Made by a program: the position numbers and the translations under genes. A DNA stretch of 32,868 bases, taken from a virus. Lineage: Duplodnaviria > Caudoviricetes. Below are positions 7,849 to 16,592 of the stretch, piece after piece. The notes under the pieces are model-generated. The model searched no databases. It was not told the DNA's origin and was given only the letters and a program-made list of their open reading frames with translations. The stretch is from positions 1 to 32,868 of the IMG/VR virus record IMGVR_UViG_3300037188_000017; one strand, 5' to 3'. Every line of letters starts with the position of its first letter. The stretch's first letter is position 1.

Positions 7849-8223
7849 ATGAGCAAAAAGAAATCACCCACGGCCCGCAGCTTGGAGCTGCTCCGCGCCG
7901 ACGGCTACGAATGTCAGATCGTGGAGAAATGGAATGCGTTCGCACGAGTCAGGGTCGATCTGTTTGGATTCATCGACATCGTCGCTATCTGTCCTTATCG
8001 CGGCATCGTCGGCGTCCAGACGACCGTAGTAGCCTCAATGTCGGCTCGGATCAACAAGATCAAAGCGGAGCCGCGCTCACAGAAATGGCTCAACGCGGGC
8101 GGTCGCATCGTCGTCCACGGTTGGAAGAAAAACGGAAAGCGTCATCAACAGCCGCGCTCCTGGTCCTGTGTCACCGTCGAATATCCGGAGCCCGCACCAA
8201 TTTTCCATGACTCGCAACCCTAA
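7849..8223 (+). CDS. PD-(D/E)XK Holliday-junction-resolvase-like endonuclease
   Basis: LRADGY..IVEKWN...DLFGFIDIVAI...VGVQTT...WLNAGGRIVVHGW pattern; ATG at 7849. Confidence 0.65.
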   Translation: MSKKKSPTARSLELLRADGYECQIVEKWNAFARVRVDLFGFIDIVAICPYRGIVGVQTTVVASMSARINKIKAEPRSQKWLNAGGRIVVHGWKKNGKRHQQPRSWSCVTVEYPEPAPIFHDSQP

Positions 8224-8245
8224 CAATCACTATTCAAATAACAAT

Positions 8246-8497
8246 ATGAAAAAACACAACAACTTGCTAAACAAAATCCTGCTAACAATAGTTGTTATAG
8301 GCATTATATTGGTTTGGTGGATTCGCCGTCCGCAGTCAGCTTGGCATCTGGTCTCTTCCACCCCCTACGTGGTTAATTTTGTCCCCATTGATACAAGTAC
8401 CAACCGTTATTACCGTTATTCAGTGATCTATTATACTAGCAATAATGTTCTGGCGATTGTCTACATGAGCAACGGTGTGCCCTGCGGGCCATTATGA
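8246..8497 (+). CDS. Membrane-anchored hypothetical protein (AT-rich)
   Basis: ILLTIVVIGIILVWWI transmembrane segment followed by a beta-rich domain. Confidence 0.6.
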   Translation: MKKHNNLLNKILLTIVVIGIILVWWIRRPQSAWHLVSSTPYVVNFVPIDTSTNRYYRYSVIYYTSNNVLAIVYMSNGVPCGPL

Positions 8498-8748
8498 AAC
8501 TCGAAAATATTATCAACGATGCCAACACGGGGCTATTCGACGTCTATTGGAAAATCCACGCCAAGGTTGCTGGATTGACTGATCTTGAAATCGTCGATCT
8601 TCACCATCGCGCCGAAGAGGAACATAACAAGTCTTACCCGACGGCCCGCGTCATGTCGGAAATGGTGATGACCGCGTGCGATGTCGTTACGGAACAGAGA
8701 AAAGAAGAAAGCAATAAACCAAAAACACAAAATGCAAACCCCAGTTGA
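8494..8748 (+). CDS. Hypothetical protein
   Basis: 84-aa ORF overlapping both neighbours. Confidence 0.65.
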   Translation: MKLENIINDANTGLFDVYWKIHAKVAGLTDLEIVDLHHRAEEEHNKSYPTARVMSEMVMTACDVVTEQRKEESNKPKTQNANPS

Positions 8749-9460
8749 AATCCCAGTCCTGAACAAGGGCTATGTCCGTTACATCGACCACATGGGCACT
8801 GATCAACGCATCGTTGAAGCGGCCCGCGTCAGCTATCGCTCCCCTAGCAAGGGTGAATCTGAAGACGAAAAGTTGTTAAACTACCTGTACAAAAACCGGC
8901 ACACGTCGCCGTTCGAAATGTGCAAGATCACGTTCAACATCAAAATGCCGATCTTCATCCAGCGGCAATTTATCCGGCACCGGATGCAGAATTTCAATGA
9001 GGTGTCCGCGCGATACACCGAACTGCCGGATGATTTCTATATCCCGGAAAAATGGCGAGCGCAGGACAAAAAGAATAAGCAGTCGTCCAATGAGGTTGAT
9101 TCATTTTATGACCAATCATTGCCGGTCGAGCAGCAGAATATCTACACGCACGACCAGCTATCCACAGAGCTTTTGCGGGCATCCAAGGCATCATATCAGC
9201 TCTACGAGAATCTGCTGGCGGTTGGTGTCGCTCGTGAGATGGCCAGGATGATTTTGCCGGTGAACATCTACACCGAATTCTATTGCTGTTGGGATCTAAA
9301 AAATCTCCTGCATTTTTTCAGCCTGCGCGACGATCCACACGCGCAGTACGAGCATCAACTTTATGGTCGCGCCATGAAGGAAATCACGCGTCAATTGTTT
9401 CCGGTCACGATGAAGGCTTACGACCGGTTTAAATGGGAGCTAAAGGAAGTCACTGTATAA
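8732..9460 (+). CDS. thyX: Flavin-dependent thymidylate synthase
   Basis: AARVSY, HTSPFE, RHRMQNFNEVSARY (ThyX motif), REMARMILP and LRDDPHAQYE. Confidence 0.97.
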   Translation: MQTPVEIPVLNKGYVRYIDHMGTDQRIVEAARVSYRSPSKGESEDEKLLNYLYKNRHTSPFEMCKITFNIKMPIFIQRQFIRHRMQNFNEVSARYTELPDDFYIPEKWRAQDKKNKQSSNEVDSFYDQSLPVEQQNIYTHDQLSTELLRASKASYQLYENLLAVGVAREMARMILPVNIYTEFYCCWDLKNLLHFFSLRDDPHAQYEHQLYGRAMKEITRQLFPVTMKAYDRFKWELKEVTV

Positions 9461-11208
9461 TGAAACTGCGCTCCTATCAACTCTCTGCCGTTCGCTCGAC
9501 CATCGAAGGGTGGAAAGAATCGCGCACGACGTTGGGCGTCATGCCGACGGGCTGCGGCAAGACCGTCGTGTTTGCTTCCATCATCGGCGAGATGGCCGCA
9601 CAAGGCTTGCGCACGATGGTTCTTGCGCATCGGCAGGAGTTAATTTTTCAGGCGCGTGACAAAATCACCGCTGTAACCGGCCTTGGCGTCGATGTAGAGA
9701 TGGGCGAATTAAAAGCGCAGATGAGCGCCGATTTGTTCGCACCAAAATCGATGGTCGTCGTCTCGACAATCCAGACGCACGTCGCTGGCGGCGACGGCGG
9801 TGGTCGCATCGGCAAGTTCGACCCGAAAGATTTTGGCTGTCTCATCATCGACGAAGCGCACCACGCCATCTCGCCGTCATACCGTAAAGTCATCGACTAC
9901 TACATGACAAATCCGGCGCTGAAAGTTCTTGGCGTGACGGCGACACCAGACCGTTCGGACGAAGCTGCGCTTGGCCAGGTATTCGAGTCGGTCGCTTTTG
10001 ATTACGAGATTTTGGACGCGATCAAAGATGGCTGGCTGGTCCCAATCGAACAACAAATGGTCTCTGTTGAGTCGCTGGACTTTTCCAGCGTACGGACAAC
10101 GGCCGGTGATTTGAACGGCGCAGACCTCGCTAGCGTAATGGAAATGGAAAAAAACTTGCACGGCATCGCCGGGCCTACCATCGACATCATTGGCGACAAG
10201 CGCGGTATCGGCTTTGCGGCGTCCGTGAATCATGCGCGGATTCTGTCCGACATATTCAACCGCCATCGCTCCAACATGTCGGCTTTCGTCTGTGGAAAAA
10301 CGGATGAGGTTGAACGAAAGCAGACGATTGCAAAGTTTGCCGCCGGAAAAATTCAGTGGCTCTGGAATTGTGGCGTATTCACTGAAGGCTTTGACGACTC
10401 TGGTGTAGAAGTCATTTCGATGGCCAGACCAACGAAGTCACGCGCTCTCTATTCTCAGATGGCAGGCCGCGCAACTCGCCCACACGAATCGATTGCGCAT
10501 CAACTCAACAACATCGCCGTGCCGACGCTGCGCCGAGGCTACATCGCTCGCAGCGTCAAGCCGTCGTGTCTGATCGTCGATTTTGTTGGCAATAGTGGAA
10601 AACACAAGTTGATGACGACCGCTGATATTCTTGGCGGCAATTTATCCGACGAAGCGATGGAAGCGGCGGTTTCGAAAGCTATTCGCGAAGGGCGCCCGGT
10701 TCGCATGGACAAATCGGTTGAAGAGGAAGAAAAGCGGCTGGAAGAAATCAAACAGAAACGCGAGCAGGAAGCGGCCCGCAAGGCGCGACTCACCGCTAAG
10801 ACGACGTACAAGACGCAAAAAATAGATCCGTTCGACATACTTCAAATCAAACCCAACGTGAAGCGCGGATGGGACGAAGGCAAGCAACTCACGCCGAAAC
10901 AAACGGACATTTTGCGCAAAGCTGGCTTTGATCCGGAGCAAATGGAATTCGCCAGAGCCAAGCAACTTGTCGGCATCATTATCGAACGTTGGAACAACAA
11001 GAAATGTTCCATCAAACAGGCAGCGACACTGAAGCGTTTCGGTTACGATACGGAAATGACTTTTGAAGCTGCTCGCAAAACGCTAGATGAAGTCGCCAAG
11101 AATGGTTGGAAGCGTCCAGAAGTCCACGAAGCTCCCGACGTGTCGCCGATGGCTACGGCCATGTCAGCGGGCGCGTGCGGTGATGATTCGGATTCAATCC
11201 CATTTTAA
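9460..11208 (+). CDS. SF2 DEAH helicase (ResIII/Irc3-like)
   Basis: LRSYQ, PTGCGKT, IIDEAHH, TATP, FTEGFD and QMAGRATR motifs; TAATG overlap with thyX. Confidence 0.93.
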   Translation: MKLRSYQLSAVRSTIEGWKESRTTLGVMPTGCGKTVVFASIIGEMAAQGLRTMVLAHRQELIFQARDKITAVTGLGVDVEMGELKAQMSADLFAPKSMVVVSTIQTHVAGGDGGGRIGKFDPKDFGCLIIDEAHHAISPSYRKVIDYYMTNPALKVLGVTATPDRSDEAALGQVFESVAFDYEILDAIKDGWLVPIEQQMVSVESLDFSSVRTTAGDLNGADLASVMEMEKNLHGIAGPTIDIIGDKRGIGFAASVNHARILSDIFNRHRSNMSAFVCGKTDEVERKQTIAKFAAGKIQWLWNCGVFTEGFDDSGVEVISMARPTKSRALYSQMAGRATRPHESIAHQLNNIAVPTLRRGYIARSVKPSCLIVDFVGNSGKHKLMTTADILGGNLSDEAMEAAVSKAIREGRPVRMDKSVEEEEKRLEEIKQKREQEAARKARLTAKTTYKTQKIDPFDILQIKPNVKRGWDEGKQLTPKQTDILRKAGFDPEQMEFARAKQLVGIIIERWNNKKCSIKQAATLKRFGYDTEMTFEAARKTLDEVAKNGWKRPEVHEAPDVSPMATAMSAGACGDDSDSIPF

Positions 11209-11210
11209 TC

Positions 11211-11417
11211 ATGAGCACGCCACCTCCTAAAAAAGCTTTATCAATCCCTCCCGGTCACATGGCTATGCAACGCAACGTAACCTATGCATCTCGTGAAGAA
11301 TGCCTTCGCGAGAATGCGCGCGTTGTCAATATGTGGGTTGATCGCGAATCGGGCCGCATCGCGTGTACGGTTATAATTCCCATTCCACAACGAGTAGAGA
11401 AAAAGAAAAACAAATGA
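11211..11417 (+). CDS. Hypothetical protein
   Basis: 68-aa ORF filling the gap; ATGA overlap with the primase gene. Confidence 0.6.
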   Translation: MSTPPPKKALSIPPGHMAMQRNVTYASREECLRENARVVNMWVDRESGRIACTVIIPIPQRVEKKKNK

Positions 11418-12250
11418 ACGCTAAAATCTGGCCACACGCGAACGCACAGCAACCTTGCCCTATCTGTCACAAAATAGATTGGTGTACTTTTGGCGACCGC
11501 GCTGCACTCTGTCAACGTGTCGAATCTCCGCACCCCGCCAAGAATGGCGGATGGTATCATTTTTTTGAAGATATTCCCAATGCTAAGCCATTAATTGTTG
11601 CGCCTAAAAAAGAGCCGAAACAGATCGACGCGGCTAAGATGATGCGCCGTTGGTATAGCAATACACACCGCAGTCAATACGAAGAGCTGGCGTCATCTAT
11701 TAAGGTTGCGGCGGATTCATTGGTAGACCTTGGCGCAGGTTGGTCGCCAGAGCATAAAGCGTGGGCGTTCCCGATGTTTGACGGCGACAATAACGTGATT
11801 GGAATCCGGTTACGCAATCTCGACGGCGACAAATGGGCGATCACCGGCAGTCGGCAGGGAATCTTTCAGCCAGAATATTGGGACGGCGATTCGAACATTT
11901 GCTATTTGCCCGAGGGCCCCACAGATACCGCCGCATTGCTCTCGCTCGGTCTCTTTGCGATTGGCCGACCAACGTGCAACGGCGGCAATGACATGATCAA
12001 AGAAGCTCTGCGCCGTCTGCAAATATTCCGCGTCGTCATAGTCAGCGACAACGACGAAATTAAAGCGACCGGCAAAAGACCCGGTCTCGAAGGTGCGATG
12101 AAGTTGAAAAAAGAATTGGGATTGGCTTCCGTGATTTGGATGCCGCCATCACCGTGCAAGGACGTTCGCGAGTTCGTTCGCAACAACGGCGCGTCGGCAC
12201 GGACGCAAATCGAATCGGACATTAACCAAAAAGTATGGAACAAAACGTAA
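11414..12250 (+). CDS. DNA primase (Zn-binding domain plus TOPRIM)
   Basis: CPICHKIDWC...C, FPMFD...GIRLR, PEGPTD and VSDND motifs. Confidence 0.85.
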   Translation: MNAKIWPHANAQQPCPICHKIDWCTFGDRAALCQRVESPHPAKNGGWYHFFEDIPNAKPLIVAPKKEPKQIDAAKMMRRWYSNTHRSQYEELASSIKVAADSLVDLGAGWSPEHKAWAFPMFDGDNNVIGIRLRNLDGDKWAITGSRQGIFQPEYWDGDSNICYLPEGPTDTAALLSLGLFAIGRPTCNGGNDMIKEALRRLQIFRVVIVSDNDEIKATGKRPGLEGAMKLKKELGLASVIWMPPSPCKDVREFVRNNGASARTQIESDINQKVWNKT

Positions 12251-12963
12251 TTTGTCCATACCCCCCCCCCAGAAAGCCAACACACCTTGACTTATTTAGC
12301 GGAATTGGCGGATTCAAGATTGCGGCTCAAGCGGCTGGATTTCGGACGATTGGATTTAGCGAAATTGATCCCTATGCAAGCGCGGTTCTCAAAAAACATT
12401 GGCCGGAAATTATAAATTATGGAGACATTAGAGCTATTCCCGATGGACGCTGCGACCTCATCACCGGTGGATTCCCGTGCCAGCCGTTTTCCACAGCCGG
12501 GCACAGAAGGGGCGCAGACGATGACCGTTTCCTCTGGCCGTCAATGTTCGACGTTATTAAAAGATGGAAGCCCTATTGGGTGCTTGGTGAAAATGTTGTT
12601 AACCTCGTCAATATGGAGCTCGAAGGTTGTCTTGTTGACTTGGAAGGCATCGGCTACGAAGTCCAATCGATTGTTATTCCGGCTTGCGGCGTCGGTGCCC
12701 GACACAGACGAGACCGGGTGTGGATTGTGGCCCACGCCGTCGGCGAACGATTGGAAGGGCAGTGCCAAGTCGGGGCAACGTCGCGGGCAACTCACGGACC
12801 CAGCAATGAATGTAATCCCGCCATCTGGCCGGTTGAACCCGCAATTTGTCGAGTGGTTAATGGGATACCCAATCGACCACACCGACTTAAAGGACTGGGT
12901 AACGCCATCGTCCCGCAAATCGCGGAAATCATCCTCAAAGAAATGAGAAAGTTTTTACCATGA
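12235..12963 (+). CDS. C5-cytosine DNA methyltransferase, large (alpha) polypeptide
   Basis: DLFSGIGG (motif I), GGFPCQ (IV), ENV (VI), RDRVWI (VIII) and LGNAIV (X); no motif IX in this frame. Confidence 0.93.
   Translation: MEQNVICPYPPPRKPTHLDLFSGIGGFKIAAQAAGFRTIGFSEIDPYASAVLKKHWPEIINYGDIRAIPDGRCDLITGGFPCQPFSTAGHRRGADDDRFLWPSMFDVIKRWKPYWVLGENVVNLVNMELEGCLVDLEGIGYEVQSIVIPACGVGARHRRDRVWIVAHAVGERLEGQCQVGATSRATHGPSNECNPAIWPVEPAICRVVNGIPNRPHRLKGLGNAIVPQIAEIILKEMRKFLP
12261..12270 (+). repeat. C10 homopolymer in codons 9-12 of the C5 MTase
   Basis: TAC CCC CCC CCC AGA. Confidence 0.9.
12419..12946 (+). CDS. Nested +1-frame ORF: C5 MTase small (beta) polypeptide carrying motif IX
   Basis: 175 codons open entirely inside the MTase gene; LWPTPSANDWKG and RLNPQFVEWLMGYPIDHT (motif IX-like). 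Confidence 0.75.
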   Translation: METLELFPMDAATSSPVDSRASRFPQPGTEGAQTMTVSSGRQCSTLLKDGSPIGCLVKMLLTSSIWSSKVVLLTWKASATKSNRLLFRLAASVPDTDETGCGLWPTPSANDWKGSAKSGQRRGQLTDPAMNVIPPSGRLNPQFVEWLMGYPIDHTDLKDWVTPSSRKSRKSSSKK

Positions 12964-15497
12964 GTTTACCACCGCCGAGACCGAAGAAATTTGCGTACCT
13001 GCAATTTCTCAAGCGGAAAATTCCACAGGCGGAAGTCGCTGGATTTGAGCCACCGTCCGATTGTCACGCCAGCTTGTTTCCACATCAACGCGATTTGGCG
13101 CAATGGATGATTCGCGGCGGTCGCCGTGCGTGCTTCGCCTCGTTTGGCTTGGGGAAGACGCGCATTCATTTGCAGCTCGCAAAGTGGATTACGGAAAAGA
13201 CGGAAGGAAAATATTTAATCGTTGCACCATTGGGAGTGCGTCAGGAATTTACGCAATCGGACGGGCCGGAAATGGATCTAAAAATTGAATTCTGTCGCAC
13301 GACGGAAGAAGCTTTCAATTCCGATTGTCCAGTCATCATCACCAATTATGATTCGGTGGTTGACGGTAAAATGGACGTGAGTTTTTTTGCCGGGGCCGGA
13401 TTGGATGAATCTAGCGTGCTTCGCTCGTTCGGAAGTGAAACGTATCAGGAGTTTTTGAAGCTGTTCAAGGCGGTCAAATATCGTTTTGTGTTCACTGCCA
13501 CGCCATCGCCGAATCGTTATAAGGAGCTGATTCACTACGCTGGTTTTTTGGGCATAATGGATACCGGCGAGGCGCTGACGAGGTTCTTTCAGCGCGACTC
13601 TTCTCAGGCCAACAACCTCACGCTTTATCCGCACATGGAAAAGCAGTTTTGGCTCTGGTTGAATTCTTGGGCTGTATTCCTGCAAAAGCCGAGCGACCTC
13701 GGTTATTCGGATGAGGGTTACGACCTTCCTAAAATTAAAATTCATTGGCACAAGATCGCCATTGATCATCGCACGGCATGGAAGCAGGTTGATAGCTGGG
13801 GGCAATCGCAAATGTTTCGTGACGATGCCCAGGGGCTCAAGGCGAGTGCGGAGGTGAAGCGGGAGTCAATTGAGCTGCGCGTATTAAAAGCGCGGCAAAT
13901 CGTCGATAGCGAGCCAATGGGCAAGCATTGGATCATCTGGCATGACCTTGAAGCTGAGCGCGACATGATCGAGCGGAAATTCAAACTGGCGAAGACGGTT
14001 TACGGCTCGCAAGATTTGGAAGAGCGCGAAGAGTTGATCATGGGATTTTCACGCGGTGAATATCGCATCCTCGCCACCAAGCCGGTCATTGCTGGCAGCG
14101 GTTGCAACTTTCAGCGGCATTGCGCGGATGCGATTTTTATCGGCGTTGGTTATAAATTTAACGACTTCATTCAAGCCATTCACCGCATTCATCGTTTCCA
14201 GCAAAAAAAACAGGTCAACATCCACATTATTTATCTCGAATCAGAATCGGCCATCAAAGACGCGCTGGAAGCAAAGTGGCAACGGCACGAACAGCTCATG
14301 GCAACGATGCAAGCAATTTTACAAGAGAACAAATTAACTAATCAAACCATCATGGAATTAATACGAACGCTGGGCTGTGAACGCGCTGAAGTCAAAGGTG
14401 ACAATTTCTCGGCAATTAAAAACGACTGTGTTTTGGAAACGCAGGCGATGCCGGAAAAATCTGTCGATATGATTCTCACGTCGATTCCCTTCGGCAACCA
14501 GTACGAATACTCGCCGAGTTACAACGACTTTGGCCACAATTCCGGCGACGATCCTTTTTTTCAGCAGATGGATTTTATTGTTCCTGAATTGCTCCGCGTG
14601 CTCAAGCCGGGCCGCATTGCGGCTATTCACGTCAAGGACCGGATTATGTTTGGCAACGTGACTGGTTTCGGTGGCCCGACAGTGAATCCTTTCAGCGACA
14701 AAACGACTGCACTCTTTTTGAGGCACGGTTTTGTGTTGCTGGCCAGAATCACCATCGACACGGACGTCGTCCGCGAAAACAACCAGACGTATCGACTCGG
14801 ATGGTCAGAGAACGCAAAAGACGGAACAAAGATGGGCGCGGGTATGCCGGAATACGTCTTGGTGTTTCGCCGACTGCCGACTGATTTGTCCAATGCTTAC
14901 GCAGATGATCCGGTGAAAAAATCCAAAGAAGAGTACACCCGGGCAGACTGGCAATTGGACGCGGCGGGGCTTTGGCGCTCTAATGGTAATCGTTTACCAG
15001 ACCCGGACGTCATGGTTCACATGAATATGGACGACATTAAGCGGCTCTGGATTGAATACTGTCTGTCTGGTGGGTATTCGCACGATGAACATGTTGCACT
15101 GGCCAAAGCGCTTGAGGAACGTGGCAAACTACCGGCGAGCTTCATGTTATTTCCGGCCGTCAGTCGCGACAAAGACATCTGGACGGACATTGCCAGGATG
15201 CGAACACTCAACACGGAGCAATCGCGTCACGGTGAAGAGATGCACGTTTGCCCGCTGCAGCTCGACATCATCAAGCGACTAATCACGCGCTACACGAATC
15301 CCGGCGATACGGTCTTTGATCCCTTCGCAGGTATTTTCTCCGTACCATTTCAGGCGCTCAAAATGGGCCGTAAAGCCATAGGAACAGAGTTGAACGAAGA
15401 ATATTGGCGCTGTGGTGTCGGCTACTGCGAACAGGCAGAGAACGAAGCGAATGTGCCGACGTTGTTCGACCTCATGCAAACGGTTGAAGTAAAATGA
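12960..15497 (+). CDS. SNF2-like helicase fused to an N4/N6 (beta-class) DNA methyltransferase
   Basis: GLGKT, LDESS, TATP and QAIHRIHRF, then DMILTSIPF, LRVLKPG, HVCPLQ and VFDPFAG. Confidence 0.9.
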   Translation: MSLPPPRPKKFAYLQFLKRKIPQAEVAGFEPPSDCHASLFPHQRDLAQWMIRGGRRACFASFGLGKTRIHLQLAKWITEKTEGKYLIVAPLGVRQEFTQSDGPEMDLKIEFCRTTEEAFNSDCPVIITNYDSVVDGKMDVSFFAGAGLDESSVLRSFGSETYQEFLKLFKAVKYRFVFTATPSPNRYKELIHYAGFLGIMDTGEALTRFFQRDSSQANNLTLYPHMEKQFWLWLNSWAVFLQKPSDLGYSDEGYDLPKIKIHWHKIAIDHRTAWKQVDSWGQSQMFRDDAQGLKASAEVKRESIELRVLKARQIVDSEPMGKHWIIWHDLEAERDMIERKFKLAKTVYGSQDLEEREELIMGFSRGEYRILATKPVIAGSGCNFQRHCADAIFIGVGYKFNDFIQAIHRIHRFQQKKQVNIHIIYLESESAIKDALEAKWQRHEQLMATMQAILQENKLTNQTIMELIRTLGCERAEVKGDNFSAIKNDCVLETQAMPEKSVDMILTSIPFGNQYEYSPSYNDFGHNSGDDPFFQQMDFIVPELLRVLKPGRIAAIHVKDRIMFGNVTGFGGPTVNPFSDKTTALFLRHGFVLLARITIDTDVVRENNQTYRLGWSENAKDGTKMGAGMPEYVLVFRRLPTDLSNAYADDPVKKSKEEYTRADWQLDAAGLWRSNGNRLPDPDVMVHMNMDDIKRLWIEYCLSGGYSHDEHVALAKALEERGKLPASFMLFPAVSRDKDIWTDIARMRTLNTEQSRHGEEMHVCPLQLDIIKRLITRYTNPGDTVFDPFAGIFSVPFQALKMGRKAIGTELNEEYWRCGVGYCEQAENEANVPTLFDLMQTVEVK

Positions 15498-15853
15498 ACG
15501 CACCAGAAACATTCATTCCCTTTTATGGTGAGGATTTCTTCACCGCAGTTGAGGGCTTGCCTAAATCAACAGCGTTCATCTATCTGAAGCTGATTTGGCA
15601 TTATTGGAGCCGCACGCATTGCACCGGTCTGAAAAATGACGATGAGTTTTTAAAGCGCGTCGGCAACATCCAAGACTGGGAATGGCCTCAGGTGAAGACT
15701 GAATTATTCACAGGCGACGGTTTCTTTACTCTCGAATCCGACGGCTTTTGGCACCAACTCAGGGCCGCTCACGAGTGGAAAAGACGGGTCAGTCTCTACA
15801 ACTACCGTTCAATCGCCGGTAAGACCGGAGCAAAAGCAAGGTGGAAAAAATGA
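15494..15853 (+). CDS. DUF1376/YdaU-like replication-initiation protein (short)
   Basis: FIPFYGEDFF...L...IYLKLIWHYW...AGKTGAKARW pattern; followed by iteron-like repeats. Confidence 0.65.
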   Translation: MNAPETFIPFYGEDFFTAVEGLPKSTAFIYLKLIWHYWSRTHCTGLKNDDEFLKRVGNIQDWEWPQVKTELFTGDGFFTLESDGFWHQLRAAHEWKRRVSLYNYRSIAGKTGAKARWKK

Positions 15854-15864
15854 TAACGTTGATT

Positions 15865-15963
15865 ATTAACATGTTAATGGCAAAACTATGGCAAACCGTA
15901 TGGCAAAAAGCCCGTTTTGCTATAGCCTTTGCCACCGAAAAGGCATGGCAAAACTATGGCAAA
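15865..15963. repeat. Iteron-like cluster (candidate origin)
   Basis: Palindrome ATTAACATGTTAAT (15865-15878). ATGGCAAA at 15877, 15888, 15900, 15945 and 15956. ATGGCAAAACTATGGCAAA occurs twice. Inverted TTTGCCA at 15928. Confidence 0.75.
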
Positions 15964-16479
15964 TCGATGCCATTATGTAGAGGGCGAGACTGCGTCCTGT
16001 CGTCCTTCGTCTCGCTCTCGATGCCGACCCGCTCCGGGCTCCTCCGTCGCTTATCCTCCGCGTTCCGGTTTGCGCAAATCAAAACAGGGAGGGGGAACTG
16101 TCGCTATGATCGCTACTAAAGCTTCAATAGCTTCTAAAGCGTCTACAGCGATGACAGGCGACCGCGTCCTGGCGATGTGGTGCATGGGTGCTACTCCTGC
16201 CATCGCCGCTACTACCTGTCACAGTGACCTGCTACATGGCGAGCGTATCGAAGTGCTTGACGCATGGTGCCGTCTCTCCGTCACTCGTCGCAGTCGCCTA
16301 TGTCCTGCGCTCCTCGTCCGCTCTCGTCAGTATCGTCAGCTAGGTATCGACATCTACAGCGCTGGTCGCCGTGCCGTGTTTGACCTGTGGCAGGCCGTTC
16401 ATAGCGACTGCATCAACACGCTGTCTATTCGTTTAGAAGCGTCTACAGGCCAGCCAGACCACGCCACGTGCCGTATAGA

Positions 16480-16560
16480 GGGGGCGGGGGTCTATAAGGA
16501 ATCTCTTTCGGAAAAGGGTTGTGGCGTGCGGGGGCCGGCAGGCGAACTCAGCGCCCATGT
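16480..16560 (+). other. Candidate cos/packaging site
   Basis: G-rich non-coding stretch upstream of the terminase genes. GGCAGGCGAACT (16537-16548) matches the lambda cohesive end GGGCGGCGACCT at 9/12 positions. Confidence 0.4.
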
Positions 16561-16592
16561 CGGAAAATTTTACACTTTAGCCCCACAAATAT

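Noticed and set aside
14203-14210. A8 tract in the SNF2-MTase as a phase-variation or frameshift site
   Set aside because: It encodes an ordinary QKKQ after motif VI, the ORF stays in frame, and A-runs are common in this genome.
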